A DNA stretch of 64,000 bases, from NCBI RefSeq assembly GCF_009834535.1, contig NC_045697.1, positions 93,622,001 through 93,686,000 of the forward strand. Reading direction: 5' to 3'. The translations under genes were made by a program, and so were the position numbers. Positions 1-13,539 of the stretch are shown in pieces. Below the pieces are notes generated by a model, which did not search any database, had not been told where the DNA came from, and saw only the letters and a program-made list of their open reading frames with translations. How positions within the stretch are numbered: the stretch's first letter is position 1; the number at the start of each line of letters is the position of its first letter. The stretch comes from Camelus ferus. Its lineage: Eukaryota.

Positions 1-870
1 TCCAAATATGATTAAATTTTCTTTGAGGCTCTTCTGTTATCATAGATGGTTTCAACATGGGTTGTTTAATTTCCAAATATTTGGGGATTTTTGAGGTGTC
101 TTTCTTGTATTAATTTCTAGTTTATTTTATAATATGAGAAAATAATTTGTACGGTTTTTATTTTTTAAAGTTGTTCTGTGGCAGTTTGTGGTTTATCTTG
201 GTGAATATTATTCCCTACCAGCTGTGGTTCTGGTCCCAGGAGGTATTCCTGACACTCCCTAAGGGGTAGAAGGTCTCTCTTTTTTCCCATATGTAATGGT
301 TGTTCCCAGTGTCTCAGTGATGTCAGTTTTTATTACTCTTCTCACAGATTAAAGCTTTTCTTTCCTTTTTTTCCCACGTATTTGATACCGGAGAATGATT
401 CTTACGCAGTTTTTTGCCCCTCGTCAATACCTGCTGCCCTTTACCCTGTGCTGTTTTGAGAAGGCAGATTTTTTTTTAAGACACCTCCCTTTTCTGTGAG
501 CTTCTCCTGGGGTTTGTAGAAAAAAAGGCCAGCAAAAAGCTGCAGTTCCTGTTTATACGTGTGGCCGCTAGGAGCTCCGTGCTTTTCTGCCAGTCTGCTC
601 GCGGGCACTGCCAGTTCATCAGTTATTCTAGCTGTATTCTTCTTGCACTGCAGCCTGAATCCTCTGCCCTTCTAATGCAGTGTTTGCTGCCTGCACCTCC
701 CTACAGGAGTCTATGTGTCTTTAGATTTTGGATTATTTGGTTGCTCTGAAATGTCAGGTCTCTGATGGGTTCAAGTAAAGTCACAGACCTGACTGGAATT
801 CTGTCTGGGTTTTTTCTTTTTGTAAGTATGGTGTGATGCCCCTTCCAACTCTACGTATTCCTGAGATGAA
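1..870 (-). mobile_element. Ancient L1 (L1M-type) fragments, ORF2/5' region, degraded
   Basis: Antisense L1-like text such as TTAATTTCCAAATATTTGGGGATTTT and GGTTTATCTTGGTGAATATT, followed by T-rich L1M 5'-region-like sequence. Confidence 0.5.
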
Positions 871-1059
871 GGCAAAAGTGAATATAAGCCATTGAAGTTC
901 AGAGATTCTGCCTTTTAAATTAGAATTTAAAGCATTTACATTTGTTCAAACATTTTACGTTGTTCTATTTTCATAATAGCATTCTATGAATACATGTTTA
1001 CATACTAAAAAAAGTATAAGCAGTAAAGAGGAAAAAATTAAAAAGTGAGACATTAGGAG

Positions 1060-1370
1060 TCATAATATTGTGCCAGATTCTTTAACTCCTTGGTCATATG
1101 AGAAATAATTATATTTCATCATCATATTTGTGAAAGTAAAAATTCTCCAACTTTAGGAATTTTCCGTATTTGGCACAGTACCAGGAGCACAGACTTTACA
1201 TCATACATAAAGCTGGACATGCCTTGAAGAAACAGGCCTGATGATATAGGTGTACATACTAATATAGCCAAGAGATGATTGATAATGATACGCCACAGAG
1301 ATCTCTGAAAGGCCCTTGAGATAATATAGATTAGCCTACAAAATTTTAATAATGGGGTTCAGAAAAGAAT
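1060..1370 (-). pseudogene. Candidate terminal pseudo-exon
   Basis: Acceptor ttttctcatttcttttgaacctccttacccag|. Frame reads SFLNPIIKIL*ANLYYLKGLSEISVAYHYQSSLGYISMYTYIIRPVSSRHVQLYV*CKVCAPGTVPNTENS*SWRIFTFTNMMMKYNYFSYDQGVKESGTIL*. Confidence 0.4.
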
Positions 1371-2029
1371 CTGGGTAAGGAGGTTCAAAAGAAATGAGAA
1401 AAGTCATAAGCAGTATCAATAAACACCCTACACAGAGCACTCTAAGTATCCAAGTAGGATTTTCTCCAGTGTATTGATTTCCCTTTCCATCCACCCATTT
1501 TGGGGAGGGTCTTGTGCAAAGGCAGCTATCATTTAGATTGTTTTTAGTCTTTTGAGACCAAGGAGAAATATCTTAATGCAGAAATGTACACTTTATTTGC
1601 TCATAAATTGGTTTGTTTTACAGCCTTATCTTTCACTCTGAGTCATTATATAGATAAGTTTAAATATGTTTCAATATTTTCCCCAGATCCTTTAATTCAA
1701 ATTCCTAGAGTTAGTATGTATTTCAAAGACTGTCCTATTCTCAAGAAAAATAATTTTCTTTTAGAAAAATTTACAAACTTTTTAATTAAAGTGCCATATA
1801 TTCTTTAAACATTATATCCTTAGGTTTTAGCAGAGGCAAGCACATCTATATATTTTAGTTTAATAAGCCTATTTGCTATTTTTGATTTATAATTATGTAA
1901 TTTTTAACAAATGGAAAAATACATAAGAATTTAACTAACACACTAAATACATTTAAAATCAGACATGACATGAAAAGCCAATGCTCATACACTGATTTCA
2001 GTGCGTTAATTAATATATTAAGTATTTAT

Positions 2030-2190
2030 ATGTATACAAAATCATTTAATTATTATAATAATCCAACAAAGTTAGTCAATTAATATCCTCCTCATTCTGC
2101 AGATGATGAAATTAAGGCAGAGAAGATTCCTGGAAACCTAATTAACAAATGTTAGGCTCATGATTTGATTCCAGTCCATATATCTTCCGT
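2030..2190 (-). mobile_element. MIR SINE fragment
   Basis: Core motif CTCATTCTGCAGATGATGAAATTAAGGCAGAGAAG resembles MIR CCCATTTTACAGATGAGGAAACTGAGGC. Confidence 0.6.
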
Positions 2191-2433
2191 TGTCTATATT
2201 AAAAAGAAAACTTCAAAGCCTTAATGTCTTTTATAAAAAGAAAATAAAAAATCAGTATAATGCATATTAATGTACACAGAATTTACACACACACACACAC
2301 ATAGAACTTCACAAATACGAGTTATAATGAAAATCAATTCTTTGTGAAGTTAGAGGAAACCAAGTTTAATATCTCTTTTTATTCAAATGTTCTTAACAAT
2401 ATCCCTTTTGAATAATACCCATTTACCACATAC

Positions 2434-2614
2434 CTTAGCTTACTTTATTATTTTTAAATCAATGTTGAGTAGATCATAGGGCATGATAAAGATGCATTTT
2501 ATTGATCAGTGTCTTAGTCATCAGTAAAGACCATTTATCATCAAGGACTCAGGAATCTTGGAGAGATACAGGTATTTAGCCATTATTTTGCCACTGACAC
2601 CTCATTTAGGTTGC
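2434..2614 (-). pseudogene. Candidate pseudo-exon
   Basis: Acceptor atttatttatccatag|; donor AAG|gtatgt (or AAA|gtaagc at 2444). Several stops in every frame. Confidence 0.25.
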
Positions 2615-3099
2615 CTATGGATAAATAAATGGATATACAAATTCCTACAAAATAACATTCAGTTTCTGACTTCACTGGATTTTATTTTAGAAGTAAAAAT
2701 TTAAATTTGTTGTTATCACTTGAAACATGTTCATTCAATAAAATAATTAACCATCAGCTAAGTGAAGATTTCTAAGCTGAGTGAAGAACCTCAGTAATGA
2801 GTAAAGCATTCATAGTCCATCTTCAGGAATATTAAGTATAAAGGAAATGAATAATTGCGTTAGCAAATAGAGTATAAAACAACAGTAGAAGAAATAAAAT
2901 AGGAACATATATCTGAAATATCTAACATATTTTTGAAAGGAATGGATGTCTACCATTCTAGAAGAAATAATTGATGCAACTGAAAACAGTATGAAATACA
3001 GAAATAAACAGCAAGCAGTGACAATCATATATACATATTTTAAATTCAAATTAGAAAGAGTTTCAATATATAAGGATTCTCTGGAGATTTAGGTCTAGT

Positions 3100-6000
3100 G
3101 AACACATTCATCATCTCAAAAATTCCGTTTATCCCTTTATAACCGTTTCCCCTTTCACTCCAGACCTTGATAACCTAAAACCTGTTATTTGTCCCTGTAC
3201 TTTAAAAAATCCTATGTGTGTAATCATAGAGTATGTAGTCTTTACTTAGCATAACGTTTAGAATCATTGTGTATCATTACAGGTATGAGTAGTCCATGCC
3301 TTGCTATTACTGCATGGTATATTAAACATATGTGCCCCGTTTGTTATTGATTCTCCCGATGTGGATATTTGGGTCATTTCTAGTTTTGCTATTATGAATG
3401 AAGCTCTTACACAAATGCACAGGTCTGGGTTATGTTTTACCCAGATCTCTCTTAGGTAAAGCACCTAGATATGAAATAGTCGAGTCTTATAGCACTTGCT
3501 CAATTTTATAACAAACTGCTTAATTATTTTCCTCAGTGTCAGTACCTTTTAGAATTCCCACCAGCAGTGTATGAGAGCTGTACATTCTTTTCTTCCACAA
3601 TTTTGGTACTTAGAGTATTTTCGGTTGTTTGTTTTAAGTTTAGTGACTCTAATATGTCTGTAGTGGTATTCCATTGTGATTTAAATTTGAATTTTCCAAG
3701 TGAGTTATGATGTTAAGAATCTTTTCATATACTTATTTGCCATCTTTCTATCTTTTAAGGTAAACTCTTTCTTCAAATTTTTTGTTGAAGATTTTCTAAT
3801 TACTGCATTTTGAGAGTGCTTTATATTCTCTAGATACTAGACATTTATCATTTATGTGTTTTGTGAACATTTTCTTCCAGCCTGTTGCTTGTCTCTGACT
3901 TGTTTTAATAGGCTGTCTTTCAAACAACACATTTTTAATTTCAGTGAAGCCAAAAGTGTCAATCATTTTACCTAATGGATTACACGTTTGATGTCCTAGC
4001 TAAGAAATCTTTCCATTTTATGTCACAAAAGTATTGTCCTGTACTTTCTCATAGAAAATTTTATAGTTTCAGCTTTTACATTTTGGTCTATAATTCATTT
4101 TGAGTTATTTTTTGTATATGGTGAGAGGTTTGGGTTGAAGGTACTGTTTTTTTATACATGAATATTCAGTTTTTTCTCTGCACTATTTGCTGCAAAGTGT
4201 GTCCTTTTAACATTGAGTGACCTTAGTAGCTATGTAAAAAAAGTTGACCATTTATGTGTGCATCTGTATTTGAACTGTTTTGTTTCATTGATCTGTATGT
4301 CTGTCTTTATGACGGTACCACACTGTTGCATTTATTGCAGCTTTTAGATGGATTTCGGCTTTGTTTTGCAATCCTAAACCAGGTAGTACAAGCCTTCCAA
4401 ATATGTTCTTTTTCAAAATCGTTTGGCTACTCAAGATCGTCTGTGAATTTTAGACTCAGCTTGTTAATTTTTACCACCATCAACAAAAAAAGAACATACT
4501 CTGATTTTATTTTTATTATGCTGTAAATCTAGATGAATGGGGGAAAAATACTGATTCTTCAAGTCTCTGAGTATCATATATGACTCAAATTTAGTGTTTA
4601 TGCTGGTTAGCATTCTCTGAGCTAATCTATGGTTTGATTTTTTTTTAAATAATTTTGAACTATTTCAGCTTTCAAGAATTTTCTCTGTATTATTCTTTTT
4701 CTTCTTTTGGATTGAAATCCACACGTATTTCACCACAGCTCTTGGATTCTATGTTCTATTTTTTACTTTTCATCCTATCTTCTCATTTTTAAAAATTTTG
4801 GATACTTTATATTGGCCTATCTTCAAGATCTTTCCTCACTTCTGCCATTTAATCCCTTCTTATAATTAACATCTCTCTGCAAAATTACCTCTTCATGTTT
4901 GCCACCTCCTACAATTACTCTGTTCTTTAACATATTAATTACAGTTATTTTAAAGATGCTTTCTTAAAGACCCTTTCTTTCTTTCCACCATCTACATCCA
5001 TCCTCTCCATGTCTTGTTTCCTTAATTGCCTTATTCTTTGATATAATTTATTTTCTTCTCTTCTTGGTGCATTTGATACTTTTTGATTAAATGAGGAAAA
5101 TCATGTATAGGACAGTAGCAATTGAGACAAATTGCTGTTTAATTCTAGAAATGCTTCCCCTGTTTGGCCATTAATGTGGGGAACTTGGTCAGTCTGTTCA
5201 GGAGTTCATCTGGATTTGAGTTTTGTTGTAGCTATTGTTATCATCAGTGTACCACAGACTTCCAATTTCTGTAGTGTTGGGCTGATACTGCCGCATGCTG
5301 AGGGTTGGGGATAAGGTCCTGAAAGATGACCTACGTGACTGCTCCACACTCTCAGTTTTCAACCAACCTTACTTGCATAGCTGCACTTTAAATGGGACGG
5401 TTACCGTACTCTTCATCCTCCCTCCCCGTGGACAACTTCGCTGGATCACTTCTCTCCAGGCTTGTGTTAGCATGTGTGGCATAGTCTCAGTTGGCCAGTT
5501 TCTGCCTAAATGTTAGGCATCCCTCTGCTTTTGGGTCTGGGGAGGGTGGAATTTCTCAGTGCTCTAAACATTGCCTTATGTGTGAGATTGTACTTGGAAG
5601 GCTGTTTTCTGCCCTTCTCCCGTCAGTAGCTGATCTCACGTTGGGATTAATACAGGATCCAAGGACCAGTGAAATCTCCTGGCTCTCTCTCACTGATAGT
5701 TTCTTCTTCTACCCTTCCCCAACAATAAGTTTTTGCCTACTGTTCAGAGTATTTCCTGTCCTCTCTCAGGAGCTTAAGGATTTGATCTGAAGAATAGGAG
5801 AGCTGGCAGTATTTGTCTTCTGTTCATCCCCAAACACCAACAATCACCTCATGTATTTTTGTTGCACTGAGCAAGGCTTTCTCTCATTTCCTCCTTCCCT
5901 GACCCCAGTCTTACTTGTGAGCAGTGGTGGGGGCCATTGAAAAAAGCCTTGTGTCTGAGGCTACTAACAATTACAGACTGATACAATACCCAAACTCTGT

Positions 6001-6300
6001 CTTTAGTTTTGGATAAGACTTACCAGTTTGCGTGGTGACTGATTTCTCTTCTTCCTATGCCCTTTAGTAAGGCAGAGTTTGTATGTTCTGTTTCTTCTTC
6101 ATGAAATTTGTCTTTCTTCAGAATTCATGCAGCTTGGTTTTCTTGTCCTCTTCTGATTTCGGAAATTAAGGTTACTTGGTTGTCCTCTGGTCTCTGATGG
6201 ACCCAGGTGAAGCTATAATTTTGTAATTTATTTGGTTTATTTTTAAAATTCTGGTGATCTTGTCACTTTCTGCACCTATAATAGGAGCAGAAAACTAGAG
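3100..6300 (-). mobile_element. Old L1 (L1MB/MC/ME-type) 3' end and ORF2 remnants (about 3100-4560), followed by L1 5'-region remnants
   Basis: Antisense L1 hallmarks: TTCCCACCAGCAGTGTATGAGAG, GTAGTGGTATTCCATTGTGATTTAAATTTG, TATAATTCATTTTGAGTTATTTTTTGTATATGGTGAGAGG. Confidence 0.8.
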
Positions 6301-6784
6301 ATCATTTTTGACATTTCTTTTTCATTTCTAGTTTTGATTCCTTCAAGTTGTTTGAATTTTATCTCCTAAAAATCTTTGGGCAATATAATCTAGGCCAGTT
6401 ATCTTTAAAAAAAATCATTTCTATACATTTTCATCATTTTCTTCACTGCCAGTCAAAGAACTTGATAATTAAGGAAGAAGGTCAGCTAAGGGCCGCATGA
6501 TTATGAAAATTTTACAGCAAAGTTGAGACCTGTGCTCTCATTTGAACTATAGAAACTTTGTGAGGCTGACATATTATGAACATAATACAAGAAAAAAAAT
6601 AGAATAGTTAAAGATTAAATTGCTAACTAATATTTTCCTTGACTCATGGTTTTTAAGTTAAATTTTCCCATAGAAGAATCAGATGTCTAAACTATCTCCC
6701 TGTTGCTGAAACATTGTTATTTGAATACTAGCTATTTGTGGCTGGGAGCTCCAAAGTACTTAATGAGGTATTATCTGGTAGTGA

Positions 6785-6980
6785 TGATGCATAGGACTTC
6801 TGGTGTTTTGCTGCCTGGACTTGAATTCTAAATCCAGCACGTGTGTGACTGTCTGCAAATTTATTAATTTTGCTTCAGCTTTTTCAGCTGCTAAATGAGA
6901 TGATAAAAATAATTTTCATAAGATATCTATGAGTATTGAGATAATGCATATAGAGTGCTTAGAAAAGTACCTGGAACTTA
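6785..6980 (+). mobile_element. MIR SINE
   Basis: TGCCTGGACTTGAATTC...TGTGTGACT...CTTCAGCTTTTTCAGCTGCTAAATGAGATGATAA...GTGCTTAGAAAAGTACCTGG. Confidence 0.7.
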
Positions 6981-7181
6981 TTTTTTTATGTTTTTAATAT
7001 TTTAAAATATGTGATAAAATAATTTTAAAAGTACTTATTCATTTAAAAAATCTTGACAGATTGAAACTAAATAGTGTCGATGAGGGAGTTTGTAAATGAG
7101 TATTCCAGCTTCGGAGAGAAAACATGGATTTTGAAATATCTTTTCTTGTGGTGAATTGTGGGAGGTAGTACAAGATTAGTG

Positions 7182-7240
7182 TTAGGATCCTCCATGTCCA
7201 TTTTTACATTGGTACAAAACAAACTTGAACAGATTGTGTA
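7182..7240 (-). pseudogene. Pseudo-exon (3' boundary uncertain; may extend to about 7070 through a frameshift)
   Basis: Acceptor ttttctgcatttctccttattcacttatcaag|. Phase 1 join gives VHNLFKFVLYQCKNGHGGS*. The preceding intron is 112 nt. Confidence 0.6.
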
Positions 7241-7352
7241 CTTGATAAGTGAATAAGGAGAAATGCAGAAAATGAAGGTAATGTATATAATAGTACCACT
7301 CAATATTTATTAATTTGGTGCTTTCTACATGCCAAACCTTCAAATAGCTCAC

Positions 7353-7496
7353 CTGTTGAGAAAGACAGTGCTCGAAAGAACAAGACATCATTACCAACAA
7401 TAAATACACCAGAATGTGATCCATATTTGGTTACTTCTTAGTGGACATTTTGAAAGGGAGGGTCAATAAAGACATCATAAAATAAATCAGTATTAC
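7353..7496 (-). pseudogene. Pseudo-exon, 144 nt, one in-frame stop
   Basis: ctttctag| ... CAG|gtgagc; phase 1 to 1; GNTDLFYDVFIDPPFQNVH*EVTKYGSHSGVFIVGNDVLFFRALSFST; TAA at 7438-7440. Confidence 0.7.
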
Positions 7497-7653
7497 CTAG
7501 AAAGCCTCACAATGCCTCACAGTGGATGTGTAAGCCATGAAAAAAAATCAAACAAGAGTGTTTATTCAAAACTCATTCTCAAAACCACATCTGTTATCTC
7601 CTTCAGTTTGTGAGAGCAGATTAAGAACTGACCATTCTAGCTGTGCTTCTCAC

Positions 7654-7699
7654 CGTCAGACACCATGCCTTTGATCTTTGGAGACATCATAGTTCTGTC
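7654..7699 (-). pseudogene. Pseudo-exon, 46 nt
   Basis: gatttacag| ... ACG|gtgaga; phase 0 to 1; DRTMMSPKIKGMVSD. Confidence 0.6.
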
Positions 7700-8164
7700 C
7701 TGTAAATCACTCTTTTTAAGCAACTGCTTCTTCATGTCTGAGAAATAAGGAGGTTATCATCTAAATGCAAAGTATCACAGAAATGTACAATTTATCAGTT
7801 AAATTCAGTACAGTGCTATGTGTCCATCCTCATTCTTACTGTAATCATATTTTTAGCTCTGTTCTTATCAAAGCAAACTGTCCTCATTTTAATGTACTAT
7901 ACTCATGAATCACTGTTTTTAAATTCTACTCCATTCATACTATACTTAATAATTTGGTACTTCAGTTAAATTATTTGCACACAGTAGATGTTTCTCAGGT
8001 AGAAAAGGCAAAGCAGAGAATTCCAGAGAGAGATAACAAAATATTAAAATAGGAAAGATGCATTCTTAGGAAAGCAGTAAATTCAGTGTTAATGGGGAGA
8101 TGTTCACATGAGGAAGAGTGGCTGGTGAAGCTGCAAAGGCATCCAGGGTTGCAAATACGATACA

Positions 8165-8560
8165 GTTGACAGTTTAGCCTAGGTTTTCTAGAAAACAGGT
8201 GCTGGAGCAAAATATTGTCTGTAACTCCATATTGGGAAGAGCAGTCCCAGGAGAAGAAAGGATAGAAGGCGTATGAGTTGGGGGGAATGGGAGAGCAAAT
8301 ATGAGGAGTAAATTTTCTGGCTGACCACAGGTTAACAGGGAGAATTGCTGGCTTGGTCATTGATACCTGTGAGCTGTCTATCAGTGGTGGGAAGGGTGTC
8401 CTTCTGCCTGGTTTCCAAGTAGTAAGGGTGGACTGCTTCTTGTTATCATCATGTTCCACCAATTCTAAACAGTCACAATGATGAATTACTGCTCTCAGCA
8501 CCCAGGGTCAGAGGCCTCTCAGCGTACTTTACACAGGCCATATGTTCTATGTAAGAATTC
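8165..8560. mobile_element. Old ERVL/MaLR-type LTR remnant
   Basis: Starts AGTTTAGCCTAGGTTTTCTAGAAAACAGGTGCTGGAGCAA...TTGGGAAGAGCAGTCCCAGGAG, resembling old class III LTR ends. Confidence 0.45.
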
Positions 8561-11500
8561 ATCAACTAGCACTTTTTGTTTTTCAGTCTCCCATCATTCA
8601 AAGTCCATCCCAAGGAACCTTGACTTCCCTCGTTTTATCACCCAGAAACCAGTGAAACCAAAGCTCCCATAGTTCCAACTTCTTTATGGACCTGGCTAGT
8701 TCACAGTCCTGAGTCTTTTTGCAAATGGGAAAAGAATATACAGATTGCCCATATAGTAGATGCAATGGGCTCAGTAGACCTTCAAGACGTTGAGGCCAGC
8801 AGATGCCTGTGGTATTATTGTTGTACTTGAGAAAAGGCAAGTATGTGGATCAGGGTGTTGTGAATTGTATTTGATAAATGCACCACTCAGGAGGAATCTA
8901 ATTTTAGTTGTCTTGTCAAGATGAATAATTATATATTTTAAACAAGTAATTGATATAGTTAGAATTTTAGATGACTGCAGTCATAAATTAAATAAGACAA
9001 GGCATTTTAAATGGGATTCATTGATAATCAACAGTTCTGGCAAAGTGAGAAGTGTGAAATATACCACAGAGCTCTAAAGAGTATCACTTACAATATATGA
9101 AGAATGTGAATAGGCCAACATTCCCAGGACATCACCTTTTGTTCCAGAATATGTGCTCAGTCCTCCACCTTTAAACTTTGTGTCATGCTTCAAGTATTCA
9201 AAGACAAAGGGCTTTGGCATTTTTATCGCTAGATATCCAAATAGACTGCAATTTTTATGATTATTCGTTCATGAGGAAAATGGAAAAATCAGCTAAATAC
9301 CATTCTTTAAACAAATTCTTTAGCTCACTCTGTTTTTTTGTCTATGTTAGTCAAGACATTATGAATTACATTATGAAATTATCTTATTTTTCACAAATCA
9401 TCTGCAGTTCCTACCTTGAAAAAGCTCAGGGTATAAAAAAAGTGCACTCAAAACAGAGGTTATCATAAACAATGATAAGAATTTTAAAAAAAGAAGTAAT
9501 TGACATGGTAATAAGCATTTGAAAATAAGAAATATTGGGGTAACAATAGAAATGTCAATGTTAATTAAGGATAGGGTGTGCATTAAGAAAGATGTAAGTT
9601 GAAGAATTTGACAAATTTCTTAAAACTTAGTGGTATATATTATAGGCAAAAAGAAAGAAAGGAAGATATTTTTGAACAAGGAAAAATATTTTAATAAATA
9701 AGTGACGTGTGTGATATTTCAAGGTAGCGGTAAGCAATTTAGCTTATTTGGAATACAGAGTTTATGTTGGAGGATATGGCTGAACAGTTGGAATGGGTTC
9801 AGTGTGTGGAGTACATAATATCTATTTTGGAAAAATATTTCAAGAAGCTACATAACACAAAAAATGAAATCTTCTGTGCCATTGACTCAGAAATACATAG
9901 TTAAAAATGGAGCATTAGCAACTGTGGAAAGACTTGATAAGCTAACATCATTGTCAATGAAAGCAGATACTGCAGATTAAGTAATTTGTAATTAAGTTCA
10001 TATTTTTCCATATTATAACTGAACAAGTCACAGACAAGATATTAACAAAGAGTTCTCAAATGTAGAAATATGCTTGTGTGACCCGGATGGAAACCTCATT
10101 TATTCCTATATTTTAAAGTTGATATTTTATATTATATTGGTTTTACAGTAATTTGGATAGGGCTTAAATCATTGCAATATGAACCATATAACAATTTAAG
10201 CTATTTAACTACAAGTTGCTAAATATAATTTAAATTTCTTTTTATCACAAAGGCTCTGCTACTATTATGCATTTAATTGTCATAACAGTTATTCCATATT
10301 CCCATGTGACTCTATTCTTTCATCCCTTCTAAATGAGCCACAGAGGAGAAAAGCAAAAAAGATAACTTAAACTTTTAAAGAAGAAGCTACTAAGCATTGT
10401 AGTTTTTTCTCATTTTTTTAATTAATTGGAGCAAGGATGTGGAGCCAGCTTCAATTCTACCTGATAGCATCTCACCAAATTTTAATATGTTACTTGCCAT
10501 GGACTTCTTATTTACCTTTTAAAATTATTCCTGTAGCATCACACCTGGATTATATCAATTAGTCCAACACAATTACAGATTTAGATGTTAACATTTGAGT
10601 AAAGAACATTAGCTTTTTGAGACTCTTTTTAAATGATAAATTGAATCTACAAATTATTCAAAAATTTATAAATATTTAAATTATATAGCATAGTCCCCTA
10701 ATGCAAACATTGCCAAAATTAGTTTTACATAATAAGAAAAAGACATAGTACATTGAAACAAATCTTCCTTTTCAGTGTTCAATTATGTAAGCTTAGACTA
10801 CAGTTTTTACTTCAGTTTACACTTAATTGCTACTTTGGGAATCAGGAAATAATATGTAACTATTTTTTGTTGCTCCTTTAATCTTTAAGTAGAATGGTGA
10901 GATACCCAATAAAATAAAGTGTATGTGGATTGATGATATGATAATACCTATATTAAGGTATTATTTTATTGATATATATATTATTAAGGATATATTACTA
11001 ATATAATCTATATGTTTATGATCTTTTAAAGTAGATATTCTATTTTCTCACTATAGCAAATGTAGTTAGAATAACTGATAAAAATTAATTTGTGGCTTCC
11101 TTGCTGAATATTATTAAATTAAAATTATTTTGCTAAATGATGTATTTGAATGTAATTGAAATAACTGATACCATAATTAAGTCGATAAAAGCAAATAAAA
11201 TATAATTTTACAAAATAATGTAGAATAATAAGCTAATGTGTATTTGGGGGATGAAATGGATAGTATCATTGGGAAAGCTGTAAATCTCAAAATCTCAGGA
11301 CCAGTTTATTTTAGAATACAGTCTTTAAGGATCTTCTGGACAGTTACTCAAAATTCTTTCTCCCAGTGCTATAAGCAGTGTTAATAATGATTCTATATTA
11401 GCATTTGATCATAATGTATTAACATGCCCTCATTTTTCAATGGATTATTTTTTTCCTTGAAAAAGATCAACTGGGGACCATCTTTAATATGAGGACATTG

Positions 11501-11934
11501 TAGAATTTTTAATCTTGCAAACATGAGTTCAGTGTATTAGTAAATATAATTTTAATTTAATAGTTTTAAATTTGTCATAAATAATCAAGCTTCACTTAAT
11601 GAAGAAAACTTCATAAAAAAACAGCATAAACACAAGACTTTCTAGAAAAGGAAAACAGAAGTACTTTAGAACATAGTGTCACTCCTGCATGCTTCTAACT
11701 CTTTATAACATGTCAAAATTATTTTGTATACATTCTTTTAAAAGTATGGAGTATTCCCTAAATAATTAAAGCAGAATATCCTACGTTACTATGGAGCAGC
11801 TTGTTCTCCCACTTTTTGAAATGTATACATTAAACCTGGTAGCTTTATAATAAATGGGTGCTTCTTTTTAATTTAGCCTAAGCTGCATTATTTTTGTTAT
11901 CTGTAAATATCCTCCAAAAGAAAATACATCCTAC

Positions 11935-12014
11935 CTGTCTATGAGTAATTTTGGCCTCAATGCTCTCAGCACATCTAGAAAATAGCCCAGAACCTACAAT
12001 TCCTGTATATCCTT
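11935..12014 (-). pseudogene. Pseudo-exon, 80 nt
   Basis: ctctcctgaatccatttag| ... CAG|gtagga; phase 1 to 0; (K)GYTGIVGSGLFSRCAESIEAKITHRQ; fits both neighbouring exons. Confidence 0.55.
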
Positions 12015-12919
12015 CTAAATGGATTCAGGAGAGCTTGCTTGCTTTGACATAGGAATTTAGCAACAATCTTAATATTGGGGTCATTTGAGGTATTTGGGAC
12101 GCATAAGGAAAAGAAAACCCTCAAATGTTTGTATCTTTTTTTTTTTTTGAAAAGTGTGACTTCCTTGCCTCTTTGAGACAATGCTCAATTCAATTAAACA
12201 GAATTATTTTATTCCTAATTAAATATAAATAAATATTATATCAAAAAGGGCAGTCAGTGATACTGATTCCTACATTCTACATAGAAAATGTGCATGCCTT
12301 TTGCTATGTACTCCTTAATAAAATACAGCTGTAATTTATTTGCCTCTTTACTGAGTTAGAAAGAAAATTTCTTAAAATCTACATTTTATTTTGCATAAGT
12401 TGGTCAGAACCAGGACTTTGATAATAAAATCACTCTATGTGACATGAAATATCTGCAGAAATTTATTCGTAGAAAGGTAAAATATGAATCAAAATTTACT
12501 GTGGCTGAAGAACACAGTCAGTACAGTTAGTTGCTTTCTTATGTTATTCGTCTCTGCTTCATTTTTACATACTTATAAATTTAACTTCTTTCTCTTTTGT
12601 TTTTATACCAAATCAAGATCTCAAGAAGGGCTATGTTTATGTTCATGGGGCCATAATATGAAATCACTTTAAAATCTAATAAACCTAAAGCATTAGAAAT
12701 TTGTATTGTTTTTGTTGTGTTTTAACAGAATGTTTAGTAAATCTCTTGAGTTAAAAAGAAACATTGGACTTTATAGTTAGTGAAAATAAGGGGTACTTTC
12801 TTATAAAATATAATTTCAAAAATTCTAAAACTTGTTTAGTCTAGGTGTTATAAAAATAGATTATAAAGGAAATCCCAAGGCAAACAGAGTAAAAGAGTAA
12901 AATACACATTGGACTACAT

Positions 12920-13385
12920 CAGTATTATCCTTTGTTCAAAACCTTCTTATTATCCCAAGCTTAATATTCAAATTCTTCACCATAGTCTACTTATCTTATT
13001 TAGTTTCCCTCCTATTGTTCTTGCTTTTTTGTTTTATCCACCTTGGCCCTCTTGCCTTTCTTGAATAGTTCAGTCTCCTTAATGACTGTCACCCTTACTC
13101 ATTCATACACCCTGAAAATATCTTTCCCCTGGTTCTAATTGAATCATTTCTTAAAATGTTCCCATTCTCACCTCAGTGTCTACCTTCTTGCCTGCTTTTT
13201 AAATGTGTTCATTGCAATTAACATCATTTTAGATTATAATAAAAATTATTCATTGTTTCCTTCACTAGACTGTAAACTCCACAAGTACAGGAACATTTTC
13301 TTATCTTCGTTACCTCTCTAGCCCTAGTGCCTGGAGTAGAGCCTATCACAGGATAGTTCCCAATGAATACTTGTTGAATAAATTG
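12920..13385 (+). mobile_element. L2 LINE 3' end
   Basis: CACTAGACTGTAAACTCCACAAGTACAGGAAC...CCTAGTGCCTGG...AATGAATACTTGTTGAATAAAT. Confidence 0.75.
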
Positions 13386-13539
13386 GTATAAGTTTCATGG
13401 TTTCACACTGAAGTGGGTGCAAAAAAATGTGATTTCTACCCTTTTTGAAAAGATCAAAATAAAAGAAAATATTTGATTGAATAAACAAGCCACAAAGCCA
13501 TTGAATCTTAATACCTTATCACCCTCTTTTAACTATACT

